From: Vicugna vicugna
Taxonomy: Eukaryota
DNA length: 64,000 bases
Direction of reading: 5' to 3'
NCBI GenBank assembly: GCA_013265495.1
Contig: MU057930.1
Coordinates: 567,599 to 631,598 of the forward strand
Part shown: piece after piece, positions 1 through 12,386 of the stretch
Numbering within the stretch: the first letter of the stretch is position 1
Layout: the number at the start of each line of letters is the position of its first letter
Made by a program: the position numbers and the translations under genes
The notes under the pieces: generated by a model
Databases searched by the model: none
The model's input: only the letters and a program-made list of their open reading frames with translations
Told to the model about the DNA's origin: nothing

Positions 1-90
1 CGCCACTAAAAATCAATCAATAAATCTAATCCCCCTCCCCACCAATAAGTAAATAGAATAAGAAAAAGATAAATCTTTAAAGAAAAAAAG
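1..90 (+). mobile_element. 3' tail of a tRNA-derived SINE (vic-1-like), cut by the window edge
   Basis: CCACTAAAAATCAATCAATAAATCTAATCCCCC...A-rich stretch parallels the tail of the SINE at 47488-47650 (CCATTAAAAATAAATAAACC...CTAATTACCACCCCC). Confidence 0.55.
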
Positions 91-1560
91 ATAGCTCACC
101 ATAAACTTAAAACGTAAGATGACTGGAGAAATAGATTGCTAAACAAATGAGTTCAAGTAGATATGGCCATAACTAGTTAATATCAAGAATCCATTAGAGA
201 TTTTCAGTTTAAGATATGCTATATTTATATTTAATGTAAATATATTAAATGCATGTTATTTATGTATAAAATTTTGTATATGATGACATATAGTTTAATA
301 TATACATATGTTTATATATTTATCTTATGCTTTGTATTGGGGTTTTTAATAAACATTAAAATGCAAAAGGTAAAATGAGCAGGGTTTTGAAAAACAAATC
401 TGCTCTTAGGAGAAGCCAGGAGCAACACAAAATGATTATTACAATGCTTTCTTCTCCCTTACCTGGGCACTGACGTTGGACTTCATAAAAGATGCCTATA
501 GGTACCAACAATCAACAACAGAATCATTTGAGCTGTATCATCCCACCCGCATGTCAGAGCTCATTGGTAATATAATTTGTGTGATGTAGCATAAACACAA
601 TATCCCGCGGCTCTGAAAACCACAAAGCAACTCCAGACTCTGTCCATGGACCAGACTCAAGGACTCCAGATAGAAATGGGGTCAGCGTTATTTTGGGAAG
701 GGCTGGCCTTTAAACCTTCATTCACCAGCTTTCTTGCCTTAAGACGTGAAAGGTCCATGACAGAACTTTGCACTCTCACTCATTAGAGATTTAAGGGAGC
801 ATCAAGGGAGTTCCTTGAGGCCAAGTGTTCTGTTGAACTAGAAAGGGTGCTTGCTGAAGTCTAGGAGGAGAGATGGCCTTCCCGCGTTCCTCGTGAACAG
901 CTGTAGGGGTCAAATTCATGGGAAGGAATGTCACCTCTCCAAGGTGCCCCAAATCAGACAGATTAGGGTGTGGAGAGGCTGCTAAAATCTACCCCTCTAC
1001 CCATCCTAGGCAGAATGGCAGATAGAACAATGAAAGGAGTTTTCAGGTGGAAGAGCGGAAAAGAAAAGCTCAACCCAGAAGGCTTTTGTGTTTCAACGCA
1101 AATGGAAAACGAGCCTGGCCCTGATGACGAGTAGCCCCACAGAGCGGGGCCCCTTAGGGGTCAGAAAGCACAAGACCCTTGTGTTCTTCTCGTGGAATCT
1201 GAGTCTTCTTTTTATCCGTCCAAGGCTGGAGGGCTGTCCCAGCACAACTGGGATGAAGCCAACGTGAGGACCCAGGAGAAAAAGGGAACTCAGAGATTTG
1301 GCAAGTCAAGACACCTCGGCTCTGGAAAGAGTATTTTCAGTTGCCTTAAACACCACGGGCAACTGCTGAGCTCAAACGTGGGGAAGTCATCGTGAAGACT
1401 TCCAGCGCTGAGTCCTATGGAGTCACAGTAGCTGGTATCTTTACAGTGTATTTTGTACTAACGTCACCTTATAGGGCCTGGATTAAGCTCACATAGTCAG
1501 TAAAAGAGTTCATTCCATCAGTAAAACTGGAAGAAAAAAAAAGAAAGAATTCATCCCGCC

Positions 1561-1955
1561 TTTAATCTCTATTTTATTTATTTCCCCTCTGATCTTTATT
1601 ATTTCTTTCCCTTTGCTGAATTTAGCTTTTGTTTGTCTTTCTTCTTCTAATTCTTTTAGGTGGTAAGTTAGTTTGTTTACTTGAGATTCGTCTTTTCTTT
1701 GTTTGTTTGTTTGTTTGTTTTTTTAGGAAGGCCTGCATTGCTATGAACTTCCCTCTAAGGGCCTTTGGCTGCATCCTATAGATTTTGTGTGATTGTGTTG
1801 TCATTGTCATTTGTCTCAAGGTATTTTTAAAATTTCCTCATTGGTTTCATCATTGGCCTATTGTTTTTCATTTGTTTGTTTGTTTTTTTAGAAACATGTT
1901 GTTTGGTCTCCATGAAATTGCCTTTTTCTCATTTCTCTCTGTGGTTGATTCCTTG
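1561..1955 (-). mobile_element. L1 ORF2 fragment (region just downstream of the endonuclease domain)
   Basis: Minus-strand translation QPKALRGKFIAMQAFLKKQ matches the L1 ORF2 motif AKAVLRGKFIAxxAxxKK. Confidence 0.9.
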
Positions 1956-2282
1956 TCTAGTGTACACCTTAAATATCTTACGTTTTTTTTTTCAATTATA
2001 CTTCAATAAAGCCAGAGGAAAAAGAATCCATTCCATCCTAGGTGAAAGTTTAAACATCATCTTTTAAAAGTTTTATGTGAGATGGATGTCTTTAAATGAC
2101 AGTGCATATATAGAACACTGAGTTGTGAATGTCATAAAGACAGTGAGGGTTCTTGGGAGATCTGAGGATGTTATAAGGTCAAAAAACTCAGCCATAGGTG
2201 TCTTCCTATGAGAAATCAGGGGCACGCAGCCAAGAGATGTGGGGGGAAACCCACGTTCTCCTACCCGTGTGGGCAACAATGC

Positions 2283-2470
2283 AATAACAGCTCCTGGTGG
2301 GTGCCTGGCATGACCCAGACTGGGGTTTACTGAGTCATTCCCAGCAAGTGTAGATAATCCTCGTTAGAACAGAGTCTTGGTTCTCATTTTGCAGGTGGTA
2401 AAGCTCAACCCTTCAAGAAACAAGGAGTGTCCAAGATGGAAGAGCAAGTTACAGATTCAAACGCAGCTCA
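2283..2470 (-). mobile_element. MIR SINE, highly diverged
   Basis: TCTCATTTTGCAGGTGGTAAAGCTC...GATTCAAAC resembles the reverse-complement MIR core. Confidence 0.4.
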
Positions 2471-3057
2471 CGTGCACACACGTCCCACTCAGCAGGAAGA
2501 ATGGCTGTGTTCTCCTGGGTCATGGAGATACAGCCCCGGTCTCCCACACGCACGCCTGAGTATGTGTTTTTGACATTTTGCCTTCTGTCTTGAAGACTCA
2601 TGTGCAGATTCTGTTGGCCTACACTTTGCCTTTTTGATGAAACATTTGCCAGTGTGAGGTGAGGCATGTACCCACGTCCCTCCCAGTGGGTGACAGGAGT
2701 TGCTTAGCAAACTGTTTCAACAGACAGTAACCATGGGAGGAGATGTACCCCTGAGCGAGGAGGGTGAGCGAGGTCTCCCTCCTGACTTTTCCCTCCTCTC
2801 TTCCCGTCAGTGGGACCGACAGAGACTCAAGGACGCTCTCTTGGAAGTGGGAAGAAAGAAACACACGAGCATGTTTGTGGTTTCCTTTGCCCCCCCTGAA
2901 ATAATTGTTCTACACCCTGTCATGATTCCAAGTGGGAAGGGTTGCATTCTTTGATGGAGACAAAAATTTAAAAGTGCTTATTTCCATGTGTCTGTACAAG
3001 CCTGAATTCCCCATGTCGTGTTGCAAAAGGAGGAGCACGTACAATGCCCCGATCTCC

Positions 3058-3394
3058 TGCTGTGGGTTGAATTGTGTTCCCCCAAGTCCGTATGTTGACA
3101 GCCTGAACCCCAGGACCACAGAATGTGGCTGACTTGGAGATGAGGTCTTTAAAGAGATGAAGGTAAAATGAGGTCACTGCGGTGGGTCCTGATCCCGTAG
3201 GACTGGGGTCCTTATAAGAAGAGGAGAAGAGGACCCAGACACACACAGAGGGCCGGCCACGGGAGGATGCAGGGAGGAGCCGGCCGTCTGTAGACACCTC
3301 GGTCTTGGACTGGCAGCCTCCAGGACTGAGAGAAATAAATGTCTGTTGTGCAAGCTGCCCCGCCTGTGGTATTTGTTGTGGCATCTGGAGTACA
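3058..3394 (+). mobile_element. MaLR solo LTR (MLT1A/B-like)
   Basis: Starts TGCTGTGGGTTGAATTGTGTTCCCCCAA; contains GGAGATGAGGTCTTTAAAGAG, GTCCTTATAAGAAGAGG and CAGCCTCCAGGACTGAGAGAAATAAATGTCTGTTG; ends in CA. Confidence 0.9.
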
Positions 3395-3400
3395 TTAGGG

Positions 3401-3690
3401 CGTCCCCCTCATGAAGGGCGGCGTTCTGCTCTCCCCGCTCAACGCCCATCACCCAGTGCGCACACACACGTGCACCCGACGGAACGAAGGGGCTGCCAAG
3501 GAACTCCGGGACCAATGACCCCGCCTTGCGGCCGGGCGCTCTCGGCCGGCCCGGCCCACCCAGGGCTCTCGGCTTCGGGTGGAAGCAGCCCGCTGTGCCA
3601 CGGCGTTCGCCCTCCCCAAGGGTCTCAGGACCCGAGCTTCTCGCTCCTCTCCCCATTCTCCCACTCGGCTTGCTCATTTGAATGCCCGAC
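3401..3690. promoter_or_regulatory. Small CpG-island-like patch with CCAAT and GC box
   Basis: 28 CpGs by manual count in 290 bp; CCAAT at 3512-3516 next to CCCCGCC at 3519-3525; function unproven. Confidence 0.4.
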
Positions 3691-5171
3691 AAATCTCTGA
3701 CTTCCTGGTCCCGCCTGTGTCCCAGGAGAGATGGAAGGACCCACAGCCAAAGAAAGCAGAGGCTGTAGGACTTCCTGGCACTACCCTGAAGCCCACGCTC
3801 CTTCCGCCGCCATCCCACAACCGTCTCCTGACCCCAGACACCAGGAGGGGCGCTTTGAATGGAAGCAGCGTGGAAATGGGCTAATCACGGTAAAGATGTA
3901 CGATGAAGCAATTAAGCCACGGAAAGAATCAGAAAAGTAATTTGTCCTCTCCCTGGGGGGGAAAGACGTGTGCGTGTGTGTGTGTGCGTGTGTGTGCAGA
4001 CATTCTAGCAGAAATTGCATTACATGTTCAGGCCTTAATTCACTCCCTGTCGTGTGACTGAAGATTCATAGGTGGATATAATTCACATGCGAACACCCAG
4101 ACACACACACATACACACCCTATACGGTCAAGTCTGCTATCACACTTGTTTAAAACACACAGATTGGCTCCAGTGGGACTGACATATGAAGGGAACGATT
4201 TGAGCCGAGTGCACATTTTGCATTTGCTTTTGTAGAATGTTCTCCACAAAACCAAACCAAACCAAACCAAACCAAGAAATAGGAGAACACAGAAAACCGC
4301 GTCTGAATGGAAAATGTCACCTGGTGCAAAGCCTGCTACCGTTTTTATCACACTTCTGTCTTTTTGTTGATGGGTCAACGGTGATGTATGGAGTGTTGTC
4401 CCCTCTCCCGCTTTTTCCGCAAGCCCTGGGCCTCGCAGTGGGTGACTCTGCACCGAAAGGTGATCTCTTGGGAAGGTCGTGCCTCCTTCCGGCAGAACGG
4501 ACCGTCGTGAATGAGGAGTCGAGGGGTGGAATTGACCTCTTGGATCTATCAGGTTGGCACAGGCCCCCCAGACTTCCTTGCGGACCGAGCTGGCACTCCC
4601 ATCACAACCCCAAGGAGGACAGGACGTCCTCTACGTTCTAGGACCCCCACTAGGACTCCAGGTCCGTGAGCTACTCTCTTCACAGCCAGGACAGGACAGC
4701 CCCAGAGAAGCCAACTTCACAGCCCCGAAGGGAAGCAAGGTAGGGGCAGGAGAAAGGACAGGAGTCCACCTTCAGCGTGGGCTGAGGTGGATGCTGGAGC
4801 GCCCGTCTCTGTGTGTCCCATCGCAATGTGGCTGTGGCAGAGGAATTCCATGCCCTTAACATGACCTTGAGTGACCTGGAGCTGTCACTTGTGGTCGAGC
4901 CCAACAGACGTTGACTTGGCCATGGCAAACTTCCATCTGAGATACTCCATGACCAGGACCATCATGAGTTTAACATGAGTTTAATATTCAGGTGGACGCG
5001 TCTGTCTTCAAGGTATTGTCCGAATTCCGTAACTCGGGGCTTCCTGGACGTGTAGAAAGAGGTGAATGGTTTTGTTTGTCTTAATGGTGTCACTCACGCC
5101 TTTGAGCAACCAAGCAACCGTCAGTGGATACTCACCACACCCACGCAGTGCAGAGCGTGGCCTCGACGCCA

Positions 5172-5300
5172 GAGGGTCTCAGAGGCTGGAGTCCTCGGCC
5201 CAGTAGCATCAGCACCACCCACGACCTTGCAGAGCACGCAAATGCTCTGGCCCCACCCCAGGGCCAACGGGATGGGTGACCACAAGCTCTAAGGGACACT
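5172..5300. mobile_element. MER5A-like hAT-Charlie MITE fragment
   Basis: CCAGTAGCATCAGCACCACC...CTTGCAGAGCACGCAAATGCTCTGGCCCCACCCCAG resembles the MER5A consensus. Confidence 0.65.
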
Positions 5301-5349
5301 AGTACCACCTGCTTTCCGCCTCTCCTTGGTTTCCCTGGATTTCCCTAGA

Positions 5350-5578
5350 TTTGAGCTTAGCTTTTGTTGAGCTGGAGGCGTTCCTGACACCTTCTGGATA
5401 GGAATCCCTTAGTAGAGACCTGATTGGCGAATATTTTCTCCCAGTTTGTCTTTTCACTGTCTTCGAGACTGTCTTTTGATGCACAAAAGTTTTTACTTTG
5501 GATGAAGTCCAATTTACTTATTAATGTTTTTTCTTCTGTTGCCTGTGCTTTTGGGGTCATAGCCAGGAAATGATCATA
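5350..5578 (-). mobile_element. L1 ORF2 C-terminal fragment
   Basis: Translation FLAMTPKAQATEEK..KLDFIQSKNFCASKD..WEKIFANQVSTKGFLSR matches L1 ORF2 (MTPKAQATK..KSFC..WEKIFAN..SDKGLISR). Confidence 0.9.
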
Positions 5579-6756
5579 ACTTTCTAGAAAGACTTTTTTT
5601 TGGGTGAGGGGGTGAGCCGATGTGCATGCAGAGTGGAAAACGTGAGATCTAGGAAGCCAGGAATTCCTGGGTACGGTCAGCAGCCCGGGCATCTGAGTCC
5701 AGTGGCAGCCGTAGCACATTTCTCCCTCTGCCTTTTGTCACTGCCGAGAAGACGGCATTACCCAGGAAAAGAGCAACATGAGCTGATTTTGGCAAATGCC
5801 CAAATGGTCATCGTTGGCTCTTCCTTCACTCCCAGGAAGTGATTTGAAAGGGGATGTTCTAACAATAGACCCACTACAGTTGCCAACCACACCAAACGCT
5901 CCAAGGGTCACTTTGGGAAAGTCCCCGTTTTCCTTATCTTTTCCAAGTTTGTTTCTCCCCCCCAAAGAAGGGTTTAAATCTGGACTGCTGGTAAGACCCT
6001 CTTTGTGGCTCCAAGAAGCTATCTTTAAAGAAAAAAAAAAAGAATGCAATGGGCCAAAGCAACATTTTTTTCAACAGGCTACGTTTCTTCCCCCTCTAGG
6101 CGGTGACATTTGGAGGTTTTACAGGGACGGTGCAAACGCCCGTGGGGAAGGCTTTTGGAAAGGAAGGTGATAGATAACGCCGGTAAACGGTCTAAGATCT
6201 CCTCCCAACTTTCTGCAGACGCTGCAGGTTTTCATCTCACCAGCGCTCAGCCCTCGCCTGCCTTTTCCAGACCAGTTACGTCACCTCCCCTGGAAGCACT
6301 GAGGCGCAGCTGTCTGCCCGGAGGCACAGAGCGGAGCACTCACCTCCTCCAAGCCCATAAATCTCCAAGCTTACTGTGTCTGATACCTGAGCCGTCGGCC
6401 CCCACCATCCATCCCAGGCAAGGGCTCCTTTCTGTCTTGGGACTTTTAGGGACGGTTTTTCTGTTGAGGCGGGAGCTCTTACCCAGCCATCCGCCGTGGC
6501 CCGCACTGGGGTAGGTGCTACGCTCACAGGGACTGTCTGCACGACACGCTGTTTTCTTCTGCTCCACACGGAGCTGACTTGGATTACCCCGCAATCTGCC
6601 TCTGCGAGAAAGAATATGATTCCAGGTTACATTATCCGTGGGACAGAACCACCCACAGATCTCCCCACTTGGAGCCTAAATATATGTAAGATTTGGAAGT
6701 GCAAAGGATCTGTTTCTTATCTTTCTCAGAGGTCACCATGAGGTCTAGGAGAACCA

Positions 6757-6767
6757 TGTATATGTGT

Positions 6768-6798
<31 letters not shown>
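6757..6798. repeat. (TG)n microsatellite
   Basis: Directly visible. Confidence 0.95.
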
Positions 6799-7119
6799 AG
6801 ACAGCATCCATTCAGGACTAGATTCACCGGGGTGTGCATGAAGATATCCAACTCAATCTGAATGCCCTAGAGAGAAATCTGTTGCCAACACCCATCATGT
6901 GATTTTTTTATAGATGAAACACATTACCGTGGACGTGTTTGTTGCGTGAAGTTTGAGATACAATCTTTAAGCGTTTAAGCAAATTCTCATTTATCTGTCA
7001 GAACTTTCTCCAGGTGAACATTTTTTTTTTCACCTGTTGGAAACAGGTTTGAAGGCGTGGTGTAACTCAGGATTTATTTTAGGATAAACTTTAGATGACA
7101 AGAAGAGGATGGCTCTGGA

Positions 7120-7420
7120 GGATACACACAGGCAGGGATACACGCAGACGCATGCGTACATCCATGCCTACATAAACTCATGCAGAGACACGGGCACGTG
7201 CATACGCGCACACCAATACGCGCACAAAGACGCATTCATACAGAGACATGCATAAGCACGTGCATGCACATACATACACACACACCCAAACACGTGTACA
7301 AACACACGCGCATACAGACAAACATAAACACAGGCGTGCATACGAACACATGGGCACGGACAAGCATGCATATACAAACTCATGCAGAAACACACGTGTA
7401 CTGACACCCAGACGCACACA
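7120..7420. repeat. Degenerate alternating purine-pyrimidine (CA/CG/TA/TG) low-complexity tract
   Basis: Directly visible; source of spurious His/Thr and Cys/Val ORFs. Confidence 0.85.
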
Positions 7421-8101
7421 GCTTAAAGAGTAACCAGTCCAGAGGCAGACAAAGGATGTGGCTGAGATCCGGAAGGGTCCATGGCCCTGGCTAGGATAAA
7501 CTCCTAGGAGGCCTTCAGGTGGGCGAGGCTGTGGTAAGGACCGGACTGCCCCTGGCTGTGACGTTGGAGATAGGTTCCTGCCCCCTACCCCCACCCCCAG
7601 GAGCAAGGGAAGGCACGTATGTCCCTGTGGCGGCTGAGTTTTACAAAAAAAAAAAATTCTTCAGCATTTGCTTTTGCCAAGATGACCAGTGAGTTTGTGT
7701 CTCGCTGGTTTCCTCTGTGTGGGTGTTGGAGTGGGAAACGTCCCCTAATTAATCACACCTGCCTGGACCCAGCCAGCCCTCAACTGGCTGCACTGCGCTC
7801 TCACGGGCAGTGGGGCTGTGGGTTGCCCGTGGTAAGGGCTGATTCTCTAATAACATGCTCCGAGAATTGACACTGGACAGATTAACGATGCTGGAAGGCA
7901 GAGTCATCAAGAGAGGGGTCTGGGGACACATGGGTGTTGTCATTTTTGTGGTGGAGATTTCCTTCTGGCCAAACAGAAGCCCTACATGATAAATGTACCT
8001 CCTGAGACATGACTCTTCTTGTTCTCACTTCCCAAATTTTAATAAGCATGGTTGAATATCAGTGCATGAATGGTTCCAAAGAATTAACACAACAGCACAA
8101 C

Positions 8102-8239
8102 AGAGACCCAGAAAATATCTATCTATCCATCTATCCATCCATCCATCCTTCCAACCATCCATCCAATCAACTATCCAACCATCTATCCATCCAACCATCC
8201 ATCCATTTGTCCACCTATTTTTCTTTCTTTCTTTCTTAT

Positions 8240-8315
<76 letters not shown>

Positions 8316-8351
8316 TTTCTTTCTTTCTTTCTTTCTTTCTTTTTTTCTTTT

Positions 8352-8383
<32 letters not shown>

Positions 8384-8535
8384 CTTTCTCTCTCTCTTTC
8401 TTTCTTTCTCTATCTATAAGAGACCCAGAAAATATCTATCTATCCATCTATCCATCCATCCATCCTTCCAACCATCCATCCAATCAACTATCTAACCATC
8501 TATCCATCCATCCAACCATCCATCCATTTGTCCAC

Positions 8536-8566
<31 letters not shown>

Positions 8567-8669
8567 CCCTTTCTCTCTCTCTTTCTTTCTTTCTCTATCT
8601 ATCTATCTATCCATCCATCCATCCATCCATCTGTCCAACCATCCATCCATCCAACCATCCGTCTATCTG

Positions 8670-8707
<38 letters not shown>

Positions 8708-8985
8708 ATCAGTCTAAACACCTATCATCTCTATCATCTTTCTATTTATCTATTTGGCTATTCTGATCTTGTATCTAGAAACTATCTATACCTATCTCTC
8801 TATTTTATCTGTCATCTATCTATATCTATGAGTCTTTGACCTATTTATCTATTACCTATCTATCATTTATCATCTATATATCTATCTGCTGCCTATCTAT
8901 CTAATCTGTCATCTGTCGATCTAACCTATCATTTATCCATCCATCCATCAATCATCTATCAGTCATACATCTATTCATACCTACT
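8102..8985. repeat. Compound (ATCT)/(ATCC)/(CTTT) microsatellite containing an internal tandem duplication
   Basis: Directly visible; anchor AGAGACCCAGAAAATATCTA at 8102 and 8419. Confidence 0.95.
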
Positions 8986-10689
8986 ATGGAAATGTGCTTC
9001 AGTATCTAGGCAGAGTTTCCAAATGCACAGATTTCATTTTGGCTAAGCACCCTGAAGTGTGCATCGTAGATGATTTCAAAGAATGGTGGGGGGTCAACCT
9101 TAAAGATTGTCCCAGGGGTATGGGAAGTAGGCTGGAAACTCTAGCCCAGAGCCCTGCTTTTCCGTAGGTGGACACTTAAGGGCTGTGCAACCCAAGATGT
9201 AGCCTACAAGGTCTCTGAAACTGCAGTAACAGCGACGCAGGTTGACTTTCCCTTGAATCATCTGCTCACTGGGATGAATCGAGCTGAGTATGACTCAGCA
9301 TGTCTGATAAACAGATACCTCCATGAAGCTCCAGCTGTTTTCTCTATTACATCAGCTCTGTCCAGGACACACACCTGGAATTCCATTCAGGACTGAGCGC
9401 CAGGGAAAGGATGAACTTCTTTGTGTGTGCAGGAAAGGACTGCTTCCCGTGCAGGAGGCGGCAAGTCTGTTTTTTAGCTTCAAGAAACCACCTCCTTTAG
9501 AACAATTATATTTAAACCAATGTATTTTAGGCGAAAAAAATGCATGTGAAAATATACATCTAAGAGTTTCACAGAAACAATGCCTGAAATGTCACGACTT
9601 CTGGTTTATATCCACCAAATATAATTTTTCTAACAAACGCAGGAAGGAAACTCAGCTTCAGAATTTCCCAGGACCCAGAACACAGGATTTTCAAATAAAA
9701 CTGTTTTAAAATCTTCTGACTGGGGAGAGGGAAAAACCATGCTTTCTTTCTCTCTGGGAAAATGTTGGAGCCTGCTCCTGCTTCAGAAAGAGTGTCACTC
9801 ACCAACCCCACCGTCGCGGTGAGGCAGAGAGACTACATACACTTAAGGGCCCGGTTTGACTTTCACGAATCAACATCTGAGCGCTCCCCTAAAAGAAGCG
9901 TTTCCAGGGAAATCCGTCTCCTCCAACGTGCATTTGCTTTCCCCACCGGAAACTTTTCGTGGAAGTTCCTCGTCGGACACTTGAGAATCTTCCAGTTCAC
10001 ACTGAGCGATTGGTGTGGGTCCTTTGGAGTCCCAACGCATAGGGAGACCAGACCTTAACTCTGGGTCTACTCCCAATTTTGTCCCTGTCATGTCACTCTG
10101 GGCAACTTGAGTGACCTCTGAATGTGACATCAGCCAGCATTCTATTTCCTAATTTCTCCCTGGCCGGTTGCATCCAAAGAGTTAAGATGCACTTGGCTGC
10201 AGCTGGAATTCAAATCTTCCGCCTCTAGGGTTGATCTCCACCTGATTCTCTATTAGTTTCCTTCCCTTGATGGCATTTGGTAACAGGTAAGAAGCTGCCC
10301 GTACTCAAAAATTGTAATTTGCAAGGTCTTCAAAGGTAGAACCAACTGGAATATCCGGTTTGCCCCCTGACTTCTATCACTCCGTGAAGGAACCTGTCTG
10401 CCAGAGCGAATCAAGGTCTCACGCTAGAGCTATCTCCTTTCTCAAAGCAGAAAGCGCCATACTCAGTGAGATGCAAATATCCAAGGAATCTTTCCTTTCC
10501 CTGCGCGTCACATTTCCATTTTTACCATACTCTGCCCACAAGTGACGCCTTGCCTTTGATGCACCAACAGCTCAAACAATGCGTGTGCAATAGATGTCTT
10601 GAATTCCAAGCCCTGTCTTCCCCTGATGGGTGAATGCATTTTACATTCATCCAAAGACCTGACATCGTAACTGATGAGTTCCTGGTTTG

Positions 10690-10865
10690 ATTTCTTCTTC
10701 TCCTTTTCATCCTCCCCCTCCTCCCCTCCCTGTAGATNNNNNNNNNNNNNCTTCCCTCTCCCTCTTGCTCCCCCTTCTCCCATCCTCCTCCCCCTCCTCC
10801 TCCTCTTCCTCCTCCTGCTCCCCTCTCCTCCCTCTTCTCCTCCACCCTCTCCTCCTCCTCCCCGC
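10690..10865. repeat. CT-rich (CCT)n-like polypyrimidine tract spanning a gap
   Basis: Directly visible. Confidence 0.9.
10738..10750. other. Assembly gap (13 N)
   Basis: N run. Confidence 1.
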
Positions 10866-11623
10866 CTCTGGTATTTTTCAGCCCTCCAAGAAAATTAAAA
10901 CATTTCCCTTTGACAGCTTCTCTCTTGCATTTTCTTGGTTGCCAATGTCCAGCATCTTCTGTTGTCATAAATATTCACAACGTCTCTCCCCTCTGGGGGT
11001 GGAGGAGTGCTACCCTAGCTACATTCCCAGCTCATCATTTGTCCTGTTTCAGCATCTTTTTCAGTTAATGAACACAGCTTAGGAACATTTATAAGTTTCG
11101 TTCAACATTCCAATCTGTTTCAATAATCCTTTCTGAATTTTCTCAAGTAAGCAAGGGGTGGTTAAGTGCTTCCAGGCCTGTGGATGCTCTCCTGGGGGTA
11201 TCTTGAGGGAAATGCTGAATCTTCTTAGGCTTTTCCTGAAATCCAGCTCACAGTCTCCCAAGGGCACGTTCTGCAGCCCCGCCATGCACACTAGGTCTGC
11301 TTATCTGAAAATAATGCTAGACATACTCAAGGAAAAAAGCCTTGCTTGCTGAGACGTTTCATCCTCATCTTTGGCAGAAGACCTGGTGATTCACGACGCC
11401 AAGGTGACTTATAAACAGCCACAGGCAAGACCCAGCCCCTCTCATCCGTTATACGACTCCCTAACTTTCTCACCTTAAAACTTTGTAAATCAAATGAATT
11501 TCTTCTTCCATCCTTTTTCTCTTTTCTCTTTCTTCTCCCCTTTCTGAAACCCTGCCCCATCTTGGGGAACCAATTTAGTGATTTATATTTCCTTGTAAGA
11601 AAAAATATATTCCAATTAGCATT

Positions 11624-12125
11624 TTTCCTTAGTTTTATTGATATTATTGACAGGAGGCACTGTGTAAGTCTATATATCATTAAATATATATATATATATA
11701 TATAATATAAATATATAAATATAATAATATATAATTAAAATAATGGGAAAAAATTGTTTCCTTGTGATGAGAACCCATAGGATTGAGTCTCTTAACAACT
11801 TTCAAATTACTATCTTTATCATGTTGTACATGACATCCCTAGTACTTATTTATCTCATAACTGGAAGTTTGGTACCTTTTGACTGCCTTCATCTAATTTT
11901 TCTATGGGTTTGTATATTTGTTTGTTTTTGAAATATAACTGAGCTACAGCATGAGTTCCTGGTACCCAGCAATAGTGACCTGATATTTCTAAGCATTTCA
12001 AAACGGTCACCCCAGTAAATCTGGTTACCATCTGTCATCATACGAAGATATTACATTACCATTGACTATATTTCCCCACATTTTAGTTTTCATACCGATG
12101 ACTCATTTTCTTGCAACGGAAATGT
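11624..12125 (-). mobile_element. L1 3' UTR fragment(s) with (TA)n insertion
   Basis: CTTGTGATGAGAACCCATAGGAT..CTCTTAACAACTTTCAAAT..CATGTTGTACATGACATCCCTAGTACTTATTTATCT is typical of antisense L1MA-type 3' ends. Confidence 0.8.
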
Positions 12126-12308
12126 CTTTTGAGCTCACGGTGTTGCACACATTTGCCATTGGTTAAATATCGGAGCAATGTCATCCTTAACGCCCATCAA
12201 CTGCAGACTATCCTAATTTTGTTGGCTATTTGAGAGCAGTAACACATTGTAACAAGTCCTGATACCAACATGAGCACATTGCCAGAATTAGTCTAACATG
12301 TATGAGAT

Positions 12309-12343
<35 letters not shown>

Positions 12344-12386
12344 GTCTGTGTGTGTGTATGTGTGTGTGTGTATATATATATATATA
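12309..12386. repeat. (TA)/(TG) compound microsatellite
   Basis: Directly visible. Confidence 0.95.

Noticed and set aside
1956..2015. 5'-inverted (twin-primed) L1 formed with the antisense fragment at 1561-1955
   Set aside because: The sense 3' end is very short, no TSD was found, and the two parts are far apart in L1 coordinates; more likely independent fragments.
8009..8839. 234-aa and overlapping Phe/Leu/Ser-rich ORFs
   Set aside because: Products of the (CTTT)n and (ATCC)n repeats.
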